Shown piece by piece: positions 12,601 to 28,100 of a DNA stretch of 64,000 nt. This DNA comes from Phoronis australis (lineage: Eukaryota > Animalia > Phoronida). Both the position numbers and the translations under genes were made by a program. Each line of letters begins with the position of its first letter. The first letter of the stretch is position 1. The notes under the pieces were generated by a model, which was given only the letters and a program-made list of their open reading frames with translations, did no database searches and was not told the origin of the DNA. The DNA lies in NCBI GenBank assembly GCA_002633005.1, contig NMRA01000131.1, positions 807,808 to 871,807 of the forward strand, written 5' to 3'.

Positions 12601-13848
12601 AAGTCTTAGGCTTCCCTTGAGCCGATTGTAATTTACTTTTGAGGATCGGCTCTTGCAAATCAAAATTAAAATATGAGAACCGATGCCTTTTATTGGACAT
12701 TATTGAATAATGAAATTTTCTGCAGCCATCCATTTGCATCCACCCTGGAGATGAAAGAGGCTTCATGAATCTAATCCAGTCTGAAATCTAATAAGTGCAT
12801 TGCATTTTAACCAGTGACTATTTGGCTTGCACCGTGGTGAGATACCATTGTCAGTTTGTAACGACTATTCCAGTTAATTCTGATATCCAAGGTAACAAGG
12901 ATGTTGGTTGGTAATTGGCAGATGATAAAGAGCAGACGTAAGTAGAACTTCCGGTGACGTACATCCTGCAGTTGCGAAGCTGCTGATGAAGTCCCTGAAG
13001 ACAACGCACTACTGAGAACTAGTCAGTCAAAAGTCAATTTATTCAAGAGTCAAACAGTCTTATCTCTGTTTTTTCGTACAGACAAAACTAAAACCAAAAT
13101 ACTTCAGATGGATTATTCAGTAAACAATTGCGGTTAATCATTAGCGCTGAATCTGGGCTCTGTTTCATGAAATCTGACTTCGGGTTTAAGTAAAAAATGT
13201 AGTTGTAAGCTCCTCACAATTATTTCTGAAAAACAATTAAATTTCACTTTGGCAAAAATACAAAATCTTTAAAAATATACCCATTGCTTCTAGTTTATGC
13301 GATGTATAAGTTATTAGGCCAATAATTACATGGTTAAACCTTTTTCACTAATTGTTAAGTGAGAGCGTAATGCCAAATGTCTGTCTCAATTATAAATCCC
13401 TTTTCGTAAAACGTACTCCTGAAATTAAAACTTAAGGGTACACGATCAGGATAGATATAAGGCGTCACCTTATCACATGGAACCGACAGCTTGCCTGTCA
13501 ACCGTCTTCATAAGAAAACAAAACGTACATGGATAAGTCGCTTTCATTTTATTGCTTGCGAATATGATTATCATCATTCTGTTCCAAACCAATGAACTTT
13601 CACACGGCAAGAACGTTGTTTTTGTACATAAAAATACACAAACTCGAACACATTTGCTTTTTATCCTACCACAGTTATTGCTCCACTAGTGCAGGCCCTT
13701 ACAGCTGAGACAATTGAAGCTTTTTGACCTTGTGGGTGTCTTTCGTGCATTTATCGATTCAAGGGTTGCACAGTTTTCCGTCTTCTATGAAAGCCTCGTG
13801 AGAATTTTGCGTTTTTGTTCACGTAATAAAATGAACGTCGCCGTCCCT

Positions 13849-13909
<61 letters not shown>

Positions 13910-16900
13910 AGAGACAACACGCTCTGATATCTTTATCGCTCATAATTCATAACGTGCGAATCTACCCGACATGTGGCTAGGTGAGTCGACGCAAAGATAA
14001 TTTTGTGATATACAAGCCTCCGTTTCAGTTGCAGGCTTTTCTTTTAATCACGGAGTACACTACTACATGCGTCAAATGTATCAACTGGGGAAATTTGCGG
14101 CATCCTTACTCAACGATTTTCAAATAATAATTCACCGTACATTACAGGTATAGAATAAACTTAGATCTGCTTTAATTTTGTGCGTTTTACTTTTTGTTAG
14201 TAGGTTGTCAAAGCTATAATCGTATACTGCTTGTTTGTACAGGAAGTGGCGTCATTAAGCATTCTACATGACACTAACGTACTCCACTAATTACGAATTT
14301 GAATGAATGTGGAAACCTGTTATTGACGTCATGACTCGTAAGCGAAGGTCTGTTGTTTACGGTTATGGAGTATGTAGGCCTAAATTTGTCGTTCTGAAGC
14401 TTTGATCGACACGAATGATGGAGAAATAACTTTCTCAGAGTAAAAAAAACCAACGATCACTTGAGCCTAAAATCAGTGGAGTGGCTTCAAATCACTAAAA
14501 AATCAAAGAAAGTTCGATTACTGTCAAAAGAAAAACAATCAGTGCAATCAAGAATATGACAAAAATGATGCCAAATTTTATAATCTAACACATCTTTTAG
14601 ATGGCGATACCCGTTTGATGTAATCACATCAGATTCAGAGTTTTGTGATGTTGGGTATTCGTGTATCATGACGGACGACCACATTTATGTAACGTCGCTC
14701 CTTCGGTTGGCTCACCTCCCGCGGGTCACTTCTTCATGATAATCACACCGTGTACCAGATCGTCGTGTATGCGCATGGATGTGTAATACCGCACTGAACT
14801 GTGCGAAAAAATTAAAAAAGTAAGGCAAGACGAATAGGCGATCAATAAGATGTCTTAGGTAACAGGTATATGATATCGTAAATAATTAGTTCGTACAATC
14901 GCGTATGTTCGTTAGCGATATTATTACACACTTTACAACAACACAAATAATCCGTTAAGCCAACACTTCCGCTCATCACGAACTTTATGTCCCACAGCGG
15001 AAATGAAAGAGAATTTCATTTGCCATGTCAGTCTAGAAATTTTTCTTTTTAAGCCTAGGCTTTGTCTCGCCTTTTAAGTGTGCTTTTTTCGGTAACTTTA
15101 GATAACAGATGAGTGATACGATTTCTTCACCAAGGCTAAGGTCACGTGACCCTCGAGGAAAGTAATTGGGAAATCTATGTTCGTCGATCATTTTCTTCGA
15201 ACAACAGCAGTTTTTTTGAAAACGAATTAATTGTTATTATTTTTCATATCTTAGATTAATATCCATTTACAAAAGAAATATATGCTGGGGCGCCGTTATA
15301 AATTGCTGTGATCGGTGGTAATTTCAGCGGCATTAAACCCTCGGTTTCAGTAAAAAATATTTTATTTAGGTCACTTTTTATGAAATTGGTCTCAAAGTGT
15401 CTCCAAGTCAAAATGGGTGTTATTTTTGGTCTTGGAAAGAACTGACATTCCATTATCATCGTCAGTAGGAGCTTGGTAGGAACAAACAATGAACTGTCAG
15501 TTCTACTAATCCAATATCTAATCCAATATAACAGGTCTCCATTTTCCAAACAACCCAGATCAGGCCAATATTGTCAAAACAACTACTCTGTTGGCTAATT
15601 GATATCTTTAGATGTACCTTAAGCTGGTTACAACAGAGGGATCGGAAAGCCAGGTTGTCAGGGTAAATCGATATTGGGCTGAGATATTTTCCGACCCATT
15701 TCCTAGTCATTATGTTGTTTGAAAGCGTTCAATATTCTCAACTGAGTTACTCAGTGGGCGAGACTGGGGGTACTATACCGCTAGAAAGTTATTGATTGGC
15801 GGAGTAATTCGTGTGTAGGTGGTCAGCAAATGGTCTTGTAGATGACTGATAAAACGTAGGCATAGGAAGGCATAGTTGAAAGGCTAAATGAGCACCGTGC
15901 TTGACTTATGGTCAATCGCCTGCAATTGTTCTCAAATTGATTTTGGTGTCACGTGTGTACACCTGAAGGACTGTTGGTTCTCAACTAAAACAGTGGGATG
16001 ATAAGAAAATGACACGTAACGCACTAACAAAAATGGAGTATAATTCATTTCGAAAGAAAACGAACGCAGTGAATGCAGAGAGCAAGAGGCACGCTGATGA
16101 TGAGTGACAAGTTTCAAACCAGATGTTTGAAGAGGTCTAAAACTGGCCATGATGTGCAACAATTTTCCACGTTTCAGTCATTCCTTTGTGTTTATTTTAG
16201 AATCCCACTGTTCAGCGATTTTTCAGTTACAGCGAATTGAATATACAACTAATAAGGACTCATACTGCTTCAAGTCCAGTTTTAGGTAATTTAATAACCA
16301 CTTTTATCGTTTCTAAAATGTAATATAGAAATAGTTGGCAGGTATATTGGCCTGACTTTCTGACACCGAAAATGGAAAAACAAGTTCTACCTAAATCTAT
16401 CGATTTCTCCTGTAACGGGTTTCTATGGTAACACTTTTCACTCCTACGTTTCACACTCTATTAGTATACATATATTAGCAAACCTAATGACGCCGTAATT
16501 GATTCTTCAGGTAGGTCTTGTCGGAATCTCAGTATCCTGTTTTCACTGCTTTTTTAAGAGTTTGTAATGAGACACGCGATGCTGTCATTGTCGGTGACAA
16601 GAACTTGTGCGCTGGCTTCTGCGCTGATAAAATGATTCAAATTCGCAAAGATTCGTTCCTATTTTGATTCAAGTGTGAACGAGTAACATGGAAGCTCTAT
16701 AAAAATGCCCGGGAATACTCCCAGGTGTCGCTACTGACGTTACTAAATGGGAGGGTCTCATGAGGGGTGTTTCGTGCAGCGGACTCAACTACACTGTCCA
16801 CGTTTATTGCATTATAGCTTAAATCACACATGGATTACAAAATGAAGGCCCAAAATGATTTTTTTAATTCAAATTATCACCATAACAATCTGTTGGATCG

Positions 16901-19900
16901 GTGTCCTCTCCACAGGCGCTCGGATTTCCAGATCACTCATAACCATATATAAGTTTTCTTACATGTAGTAGTGAGCGACGTCATTTTCGATCGAGGAACA
17001 GATAAACCCAAGCTCCTGTGGTCCTCTCAGGACATAAATTAACCAATGGCATTGCACACATTGAGTTGAGCTCCAGCACAGACGCAAGAATCTCGTGAAG
17101 GAAGCTTGGTGATCACGTGCTATGCTTGTAAAACACGACATCTCGCAAAGTCTTGTGTGATGTTGCGTCTTCACGAGGTCCTTTAAGTTGTCTTATGCAC
17201 ATTACAATCATATTTTGTATAACGTATATGGGTACAGGAAATAATTCATAATATTTTGGGATAGTGAAGCCTGCCTCCCGTTCAGTAACGCTAGGACCTC
17301 GCTAAAAAGCAAGACTTCGCGAAATTACGTGAGATATTGCCGTGTATTTCAAATGAGAACACGCGACTTTGATTAGATTTTAGCTAGGTCCTAGCGTGGG
17401 TCCTAGCGTCAACTGAACTCATGCCTGATTTATATGTTGCAAAATGGTAATGAAATCACGCGCAAAAGTAATTAGATTGAACTCTGGAAGTATTAAGCAA
17501 ACGAATAACACTCAATATAAGACACCCAAATACTTAAGAGATAACTACCTGCACCTATAAGTGAAACTTAAGTGCACGTGCCTATGCGAAACACTACTTA
17601 TTTAAATATTTATCTAAAAGATGTATGCACATGGACCTAAAGACGCATGTGCATTGTAATCGTATTTTGGGTCGTATTAATAATTGCGAACACGTTTTGG
17701 AATTCTTTCAAGGGACAATGTACTAATAATATCTAATAATATGTCATCTGAGTACAATTGCTCTTCTAAAATAGGGAGTTTATCTCGGCTTTTTCAGTAA
17801 AATTAACCTTATAAACTGGTTATAATTAAGAATCCTTCACAGCACGATATTTATTACCCGTAAGAACAAGTTAGTTGAGTGCTGATGCGAATTTGATGCA
17901 TCTCTTGAGAGATGGCCACTTAATAATGGGTTTACTGAAATATTGAAGATGCTCAACCTCGTAGATCAAGATTAACAACAGATCTAAGTATCTAGGCATA
18001 TAAAATTTGACTTTTAATGAAAGTATTGCTTTTCAAATAAGCAGCCGCTGTTTAAGTGATATGAAAGGACAAGGAGTTGAATCTAAAGTTTTTGGCATAT
18101 ACATATACACGCTCCCTACATTTAGTATTGTTTTCTCAAACTGGACATAAAAGTGTCATCATCGCATTTTTGGCGCATAATCAAAACCAACTCAGTCCCT
18201 CAACTTACATGTCATGTCCCCTTGCACTTTTGGTTAAAAAAAATGCTTTTGCGTTTCAAAATAGGTTTTATGTAGTCAAATTTCAAGCCAAACATTTCCC
18301 AACCTCGGTAGCTCTCTTCCTTTTGTCACAGCGACATACTGGTAGTCACTGATAAGTGAAGACAATCGACACCATTATCTTATAGATATGAACATAACCA
18401 CCAAAGTGTTTATGATGTAAATTTTTTGTGTATTATTTCAGGTTTTAAATTCCCAATCCGAATTCCATTTCGTCCACAACGATGTTCCTCATATTAGAAT
18501 TAGGCGGAGTATATCACACACAAGACAGCTCAAGACACACCCATTGGTAAGACATTTTATTCTCGATTTACATGAGCTTGACAGTGGATCAAGTGGTCTA
18601 TCGCCGCGCAAGCAGGTCTAGATGTTATACACGTGTATGAGTAAGCAACTAGTAATAGCTAACTATTCTCTATGAATAAATTGTAACAAAACCGTGGCCC
18701 CGCCAAGACTAAAAATATAAATTTTGAGTTCGTATCGAAAGCATCGCATTAAATGAACTCAAATCTTAGGAGAAATTAAAATTTACTGTTTTTAACAGTT
18801 CGTCGTTAACTTTTAATGGTTAATTCACGGAGATCCATACACTGCGTTAAGTGTCTTGCAATTTAAACAGAACGATGGAAAGTATGAACAGCGGGAAATA
18901 AATGTCATCTTGCATTATCTTACAGTCGACCAACGATTTCCTACTGAAATTAATTGGACTTGCCGTGACCTTGGTGATAGCGTTTTCTTATCTGCGTCAT
19001 ATGTAACACGTAGAATGCTCGGCAACAGATTACATGGCTTTGTGGAGCTTTTAACATAAAGTGGTTTTAGGTTTAGTTAGTATTATCCATAACTCTTCCA
19101 TATAAGTGATTATTCTTGGCCATCGTTGGGGAAATTGCATATAAGCCCCTAGGGATGTAATAAATCGATGGCAGGGTTTGAAAGTACTCGTATGGTGAGA
19201 ACAATGAAAAGTTGAGAACACTCTTCGCTGAAAGAGTACCCACTATCTCAATTTCTGACTTCGTTAAATATTTATCGCGATAAATTTACGTTAATTTATT
19301 GTATTACTGGGTAAAATTATGTCTCAGCAAATTCCTTTTAATAATGTTGTGACAACTTTGTGCTGGTGGAAAATCAATCTTTTTAGCTTGCAAGAGCAAA
19401 TAAATTTCATCAGGTTTATAGAGTAGAACGATAACATTACGAGTAATTCAAATTAAATGAAAGTAAAGTGAAGATAATTTTTTTAAATCCGTTCGCTCTA
19501 AATTTTTTTAAACCAAATGTGATTTTGTGCGATTACAAAAGACTTTTGGTACACAAACTGAAGATGTCACTGCATAGTCGACACTAGGCAGCGAAAATCT
19601 GTCACCACGAATCACTTACTAGTTGCTTATTAAAAACACTTTAAATTGACCAACGCGAAGCAACTGTCTCCGGGAAGTTTGCGCACAAAGTACATATACA
19701 CTTGCAATACAAAATCAATATTTGTGGAGAGTTTTACTTACAAGAATAAACCAATTAATCGTGTAATCGTGAGATCCATGTAGACCTAGTTGAATGTTGG
19801 TATTGTAGTAAACGAGTCGATAAAGATCAGTCGTGTGCAATAACCACGTTGTACGAATATAAAATGGCGATAAATAATTTCCTAATTAACGCAAAACAAA

Positions 19901-22900
19901 GTTTACCGGATAACCCGCTGATACACTGAATATTTCATTCGTCACATTACACGGTGATACATTGAATGTCGCCGGGTAATACGGCGAATGATACGTTCAA
20001 TGTATCGCCGGGTAATACGACGACTGATATGTTCAATGTGGCATTGGGTAATACGGCGAATTATATGTGCAATGTATCAACCGGTAATATGGCGAATAAT
20101 ATGTGCAACGTATCACCGGGTAATGCGACGAATGATGCGTTTAATGTATCTGCATATAATACGACGAATGACATGCTCAATGTATCACCTTTACCTGAAA
20201 ATATATTTAATGTAAAGAATTTGCTTATGGCTCTTGGCTGGTACGTATTTTTGAACGTGTGTTGCACAGATAAAATCGACCGGCGAAAACGTTGCAGCCC
20301 ATTAACAACTCCGTCAGACCTGTCGAAGAGTAACATTCAGTGGAAACAAATCCGCCCTCTTCCAACCGATTGTCACAGTAGTTCCAAAAATGCAAGAAAC
20401 TCGCGAAAACGCAAGATCACGTAAATCTTCGCATTGCAGGCAGAACTTATGACCACATTAGGTTTTCTCTGTCTTGTATTTACCAATCGTCACTCCCCAA
20501 TTGCCTGTAACGTAAAATATACTAAAGTGAGTCAACCAACTCCCTACGACCCATTCGCCATGTTATTTGTACAAACGTTACACCTGAAAATGGCATTGAG
20601 AAAAATAGCTAAAGATTTGAGTGAAATTATGTTGTAATAGAATCACTGATTGCTGAATACTTGCGTCGGGAATTGTTTAAAAGATATTTTTGACGAGCTT
20701 TCGCGTTCCATGCCTTTATAATAACAGAAAAACACGGGTCACATAACTATCTTTACAGCTAACAGGAACAATATTCGTGAACACTTTGTTTATTTGATCA
20801 CCGCTCAAATGATGAAAAAACATGTTTTACGGGTTGACACATATACTTTAGAAATTATATATCTCAAATTTATTGTTGACAGTTGTTGGAGCTGTGAACT
20901 AAAACCGTAACTTTCGCACTAAACATGAGAAAGGTTGTTGTTTGATTTCCAGGTGCGATCCGCTGTCCAGATGACGGGTTTCCGAAGACGGAAGAGAGGG
21001 TACAAACCCATTCCACGGGGTATTCCGATAGAGGACGCACAGCATTTTGCTAAAGTATCTTCAGACAAGATTAGTTCTCCCAGAGATCCCCTTTATCCGA
21101 AGGAATGGTACTTGGTAGGTTTGATATCCACTGAACGATGTCGCTCCGTGTTGACCATTAGATTCTTGTTCAAAGTGGGTCTAAATTACGAAATGTTTTG
21201 TCCAAGTAAAAAAAAAGAGGATCGAAATGATGAAACTGTCTACCCGCAGTTAAATGATGAAATGTGTACCCGGCTGTAGTGAGGGGGTGAAACTACGCCC
21301 GAATACAACGCAAACACCGGCAATGTTCATATATGCAACATTTTGAAGTATTTCTATATTTCTGTTTGCCGAGCTCTTGGGAATACAGGTTACTTGTAAA
21401 CGTGTGTGGTCATTTTTGCTAGGGAATAGATAACAAGCGTCACGTGTTTGCATCGCCCCCGGATAACGTGACCACAAAGGAGGATAATTAGTTTGTTTGT
21501 AATATACTTTCAGTAGGTAGCACTGACCTTTTACGCAATCTTTTAATTTTCAAATCATCTTATTCTATACCTCCGGTTTGCATAATTTCCATCATATTTA
21601 ATTTGTAGCTTGACAAGATACTGTTTCAAAATTCCGATGGGGGACAGTGCTGTCAGTGACAAATGGGCATTGGAGGCTCGACCACTAAATTAATATTAAG
21701 TCCCATTAAAAAGGTTTCAAAAATGTTTGTTTCAAGCTTGTGATAATGCTGTCTCCATTAAACATAGCGCCTGCATAAAATAAATTCTGTCGTTTACAAA
21801 ACTTACACGACATATAAATTTGTGATTGAAATGAATAAAACATTCAATCGGGCTGTACAGATTAATGAAAATATTTGAATAGTTGCAGCTGACAAGTAAC
21901 AATTTTTTACCTTTCCACAAACTAAAGGATTCCTGAGCTTGATGACGCACTAATTGGGATTTGAAAAATGGACTACATCGAGCCTTTCGGAGCAGATTAA
22001 TACCTGTCGTTTTGTAATTAAGCCCTGAGGTATCCAAGATTGAATGACAGCTATTTTGACACTGTCAGCTCGTAGATCGTTCAGTGAGATGTAGTCAGCC
22101 AATTCCTAAACAAGGCAAATACGAACTATTGACGGAAATAAAACGTTGAAAATTGGTGATTAAAAAGGCAACAAGATTAATTTTTGACTTTCCGCCTTGA
22201 CATTTAATAATTGTTAATTATTTTTAAACACAAGTGGCATTTTCTATTTCCAGAAAAATACGGGGCAGGCAGGAGGCGCCAAGGGCCTTGATTTGAACGT
22301 GGAATCAGCTTGGGCCATGGGCATTACAGGAAAGAATGTTACTACAGCCATTATGGACGACGGTATGTTGAGCTACGTGTTTGATCCTGAAAAGCACGTG
22401 AATACAATAACATGGCCTCGTTTTGAAGCCGACGCAATTTCCGTTTAGATGTCGCATGATGCTACGTCTACCTTCTTTACAGTGATATGTCCAATTTAGC
22501 GCCTTGAACCACTATTTGAAAAAGTAGCCTTGCTAGTGTTCTGATTTGTTCATCTGAATAATTGACTGGACACACTTGACCAGTCAACCAAGTTTCCAAT
22601 TTCTTGCAAGACATGTTAAGCTAATTTTGCGACTGGTAATAAATCGTGGACGTTTGAGTGCAAAAAGTATCTAGTATCTAAGCGTTAATGGGTTCCTTTC
22701 ATATTGCAGGTGTTGATTACATGCATCCAGATCTCTATGACAACTATGTAAGTAATATTTATGTTATAGTAAATATATAGATGCTGAGGTTGTTCGAGAT
22801 ATGTCTCGATGATAAATGATAATAGCAAGAAGGTTTAGAAGAAACTTTCAATTTAAACACGACGAGGCCATGGTACTACATTCAATTTTATATGCGAAAA

Positions 22901-25039
22901 TTACACCAATTGAAAGTTTTGTTTTCGGAAAACTTCCTTAAGGTATCAAGGATTTACTTCTCAACAACGAAGTAATTTTAATTGTTTCTCTTTTCTTCTG
23001 TTTTTAAAAATACATCTTGAAAGAAAGTTTAATTGAATTAAATTTCGAAACTTTTAAAAAAACTTTTCCTTGACTCTTTGAAGATCATCTTACAACCATC
23101 TTTAATATTCATTATACTTTACTTATCCATCGTTATTTTTTGTTAGTACTTACGTTCTCAACCACTGGGTTAGTGAAAGATAAAACCAGTTTTACAGTCT
23201 TTCTACAGGCAATTAATTTTTTAAATTTGTTCCTTTATAACAACCTGTATCGGTCAATGCTCCGCAATCAGCATTGCATGTTAAATCTATTGAAAACATC
23301 AAAGCAATCGAATTTCTCTTAAATCTTAATATGAAATATTATGACACTGAACATGACAAGCATTAAATTAAACAGTTAGACGCATTCAGTCCTAATTTTG
23401 CCCATCGCATTCGCAAGTAGAGTACTCCCTCGATAATGAAACAATCTGCTAAAATATATATAAGTAGTCGTTGAATTGATTAACGAGTATTTGAGCAAAA
23501 TACGCAACTGAGACAATTTTTTGTGAGCGTAATTCTAATCTCGACATGCTCTTTCGTGATTTACGTTCAATATGTTACGTCAACGGTAGTGTGTTCTGAT
23601 AAACTGTGTTATTTATTTTTTCTGTTCTCCATCTTACCGTCAAACTTTTCTCGTTGCGGCCTTTTTACGGCGTATATTATGACCTGTAATGGCTTCGTCG
23701 ATTTAAAGACTGTAAAACATGAGGTTACTTGGAAAACAGATGGGCATCGTATGTACAGGTAACAAACAATCTCGTGCGAATTTCAGAATGCCGAAGCCAG
23801 TTACGACCTGAGCAGTAACGACCCTTATCCCTATCCTCGCTTCACAGATGACTGGTTCAACAGGTAAAATTCTTTTGGTTATAGATTCTCCTTATAAGCT
23901 ACCAAAGAGAAAACAGCACCGTTTCAAAAACCTATTCGCTGTCGAGTCGTATTTTTATTTGGTAATATATCACTGGCTTGGACATTACTACAAAAAGAAC
24001 GGGTATTCTGCTAAGACTAATTATAAGCTGTGCATTTCATTTGGTTCTTGTCCAGCAGTTTATAAGTTGTATTGTAATAACGTGGAAATCTATTTCTCCT
24101 AAAATGACTAATTGCAGGTGGAAATTTGAGTCGCCGGTAAGGTAAACCGATATGTATCACAGCAAACACGGGAAAATATTTTTCTTGTATTTTGTCCTAC
24201 GGTTATTCCCAACTCCTAACTTAAAAGTCACGATAACGACCATTTCGGCTTTGTGATAGACTACCAAATGAAATATTTTTGCTTTCACATAATAATTGTT
24301 CCTACGTGTACACGTTAAAAATTATAATTACAAAGAAGTGTTTAATTGAGAATCTTGATCGCGGTTTTCACTTGCTGCGTATTGTTGCACGCTATGTGAT
24401 ATAGACAATTTTTGGGAAAAAAAGAAATTTAACGGAGTTTCCAGACATAAGAGATTTCAACGATCCTTTCACAAAATGTTTTCAATAAGGCGTGTACGCG
24501 ACTGCGGACAGTGACGTGTGTTCTCAGCAAATCTACATGTTTACATTCGAATTCTTTGTAACTTAAGGTCAACCATGTACTTCACATTAGCCTTTTTAGA
24601 AATGGGAAACGTATTTCATAATGGGAGATTTGCTGTCTTTCTCCCTTCAAGAATATTCGTTACTTTAGTGAATTGTAACCATGTCTTTTCAATAAAGGTT
24701 AATTTGTTCAGTTATTTTCTTTCGTTTCCATCGTCATTTATAAATTTAAATGTCACACATAACTGTGGTCAAAAGTCTATTTTCTTACTGTAGCCATGGC
24801 ACGAGGTGCGCAGGAGAAATTGCTGCTAAGCGTGGAAACGGTATCGGAGGTGTGGGCGTGGCTTACGATTCAAAGATAGCAGGTAAGTTATTATTGACGG
24901 AGATGATGATGCTGACTATGGCGATGATGGAAACGATAACAGAGGGATCCGAAACCATGATCATGCCTGTCTCGACAATGACGATGGAGACGTTGATGAT
25001 AATAGCGATGATTTATGATAATGGGTTACAATGATGACA

Positions 25040-25106
<67 letters not shown>

Positions 25107-28100
25107 CGATGACGCTGACAATGACTGTAATGGGAACGATTACACTGGGATCCGAAACAGTGATCATCACATCGACAAAGACGAGGCTGACAATGGGGAT
25201 AGTATTATACAAAAAATGAAATTTATGTCTTATGTAAACTTCTGTGTGTTTTAAATATAATCCTAAAACTGGTTTTCAAGCGTCTTTTGAACACATAATT
25301 CCAAACTTTATCAAAATTAAATAGATTATATGTACACAAATTCTAGGTCTTCGCATGTTAGATCAACCCTATATGACCGACCTGATTGAGGCTAATTCCA
25401 TGGGTCACATGCCCAATATGATTGACATATACAGCGCCTCCTGGGGACCAACTGATGATGGAAAAACTGTGGACGGACCGCGAAACCTCACGATGCGCGC
25501 CATGGTGTACGGAGTTAACGAAGGACGCAACAAGAAGGGAAACATCTACGTGTGGGCTTCGGGTGATGGTAAGAAACAAATAGAATTCGAGTTCATTTTT
25601 TTCAACACTAATTCATTTCTGCTTGACCATACAGAAAGAGCAAATCTAACCACATTGAGCAGGATGGCTAAAATGAATAGAACTGCAGCAAAGGGGTGCA
25701 TACTAAGAAGCTCCGTCTGTCTGGAAATCGCTGTTTTCCACATTTTCGATATAGAAGTATTTCTAACCTGATAATAGCAGTAGTTAATGCGCCGACATAG
25801 CGCTTACTGGGTACAAAATGAGTATTCTCCACTGAATAATTGAAGGAGCATTGAAGCAAGTTTCAAGTTAAGTTCAGACAATATATATCATGCTCAGGTG
25901 GTCCAGATGACGACTGTAACTGCGACGGTTACGCAGCCAGTATGTGGACAGTGTCCATCAACTCGGCTACTAATGACGGACAGACGGCCAGTTATGACGA
26001 GTCGTGTAGCTCCACCCTGGCTTCTACATTCAGTAATGGCAAGAGCTCGTACTTCGATGTGGGTGTGGTGAGTAGTTTTTGAATCTGTTTGCGGTCCCTA
26101 TAGTTGGTTACTAATTATATTACGTCGTTGGAATCATGTTTTTTGTTTGACGAGAAATTTGAGAGGAACGTTTGTGAGTTAACCAACGAGCAAAACGGTA
26201 GAGACGCGAGGTTGTTCACATAAACTAAGTCGTGAAACTGCTTCAAAACTTTTTTCAAATTTAATTTGATAAAATTTGATTTGATGATCACGACATAATC
26301 TGACACCAATTTCGTTTTTTTTTTTGCGAAGTAATGCACCCTCGTGCGCCAGTAACCAGCAAATTCCACGTGATAGCTAGCAAAAGATTTAGTGGAGGTT
26401 TAACCGAACTTGACCATCTATTTTTTTCAGGCCACCACTGATCTATATGGAAATACAACGACTAGACATTCTGGGACTTCCGCCGCAGCACCCGAGGCAG
26501 CAGGGGTCTTTGCTCTTGCACTTGAAGCTAAGTAAGTATTGAAACATTACTTTATACAAGTTACTGGCATCACGAAACCTATAGGTCTTCTCGCCCATTG
26601 ATATTTTTGCACGATAGCGGTCATCCAACTCAGCCAGTTGACATAGACAGACGATCTTACAGACAGAGTAATTGTGGTTGTATTTCACGCAGCCAGAAGT
26701 TCAGTTTATCATAGATGCGAGTGAATAGACAACATCTAGTCAATACCACCTATCAGCTTACCGAGCACGCGATCGCCTGCGTGACAATTTCCTTGATTCT
26801 GGATTGGTTGACTCGATTCTTCTTTAATCTAGAAGACGCGCGCATTTGTTTTTGTTATCCGTAAAAAAGTTAATTTTGTATGCTTGTTTTACGGATAACA
26901 GCTAACAATCTGATTTAGATTTTGCAGTATTATTTGAAAGTAAATGACAAACTGTTGACACCGGTACATAACCGGTTCACGGCACGAATGTAGAGACGCA
27001 AGCACTAGAAAGCAAACAGCAATACACAGCAGTAGAATATGAATAATGTCCTTCTGGAAATACAGCCAATGCATGTATTTAGGCGAACGCACCCTGGGTG
27101 AATGATTGCCATTAACTCGATTTCTATTTTTTTCTGTAGATAATGTGATTAAAAAACACCACATTGTCAATTGTCAGAATAACATATGATCATATTGTTT
27201 CAGTTCCAACCTCACCTGGCGCGACATTCAACATCTAACTGTACTGACCTCCAAGCGAAACCATCTCTATGACGCTAACGACCATCACAAATGGACAATC
27301 AACGGTGCCGGTCTAGAGTTTAATCATTTGTTTGGCTACGGAGTATTGGACGCCGGCGACATGGTGGATTTGGCCATGAAGTGGACCACGGTACCCGACA
27401 GATTTCACTGCTCTGCTGGCTCTCTCCATGGGAAATGGTGGGTAATCGCATGGAACAGAAGCTAACTGCTTTCTGGAAGCTTGTAAAGGGTTTGCTCAGT
27501 TCGACAATTGAAACGTTGCGTGTTTGATGAGCCGAGTACAGAGAAACACTAAGTGAGAGAGAGATGAACAGTGTTGACTGGAGTTCACGAAAGAGGGTTT
27601 ATTGGCGTCAGCATGCTTATTTCATAGGCCTAATTGTCTGGTGGATGCTCCTGAAGGCAGCAACCAAGAACTCTATTTGCTCTGCTACATGTCTCTCATT
27701 GTACATATTACATAATATGCAGGGAGACATCAGTAATGTCTTCCTGGTGTAATGTATACATTCAAATTAAAACATATAATAAAATATTATGTCGTAACTT
27801 TATGCAACAGGGAGGTCACTCCAGCTGAGCCTCTTGTTCTTACGGTGACTACGGACGCGTGTAAAGATCAAGACAACCAAGTGAACTATCTCGAGCACGT
27901 GCAGGCCTTCGTCACTGTTCAAGGCACCAGGCGTGGAGACATTACTCTTTACTTGACCTCACCCATGAACACCACGTAAGATTATTTCCAGGTTCCCGTT
28001 CACAAAATGTGTAGTTCCCCAAGTTGGCTTATAAGTCAAATCCTTTCGTCATTCTCACCATGTTTTATTGCGGCTTGAGATAAGAAAACGACAATAAAAT

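Noticed and set aside
12983-13028. Hammerhead-like CTGATGAAGTCC...GAACTAGTCAGT on the plus strand
   Set aside because: No proper GAAA after a closed stem II; at best a broken relic.
19966-20424. 152-aa Asn/Thr-rich repeat protein ORF
   Set aside because: An open frame follows from a 36-bp (multiple of 3) intronic minisatellite; no convincing splice sites or domain.
24961-25254. Poly-Asp, poly-Met and poly-Ile ORFs
   Set aside because: Translations of an intronic (GAT)n microsatellite; the PC2 frame splices across it.
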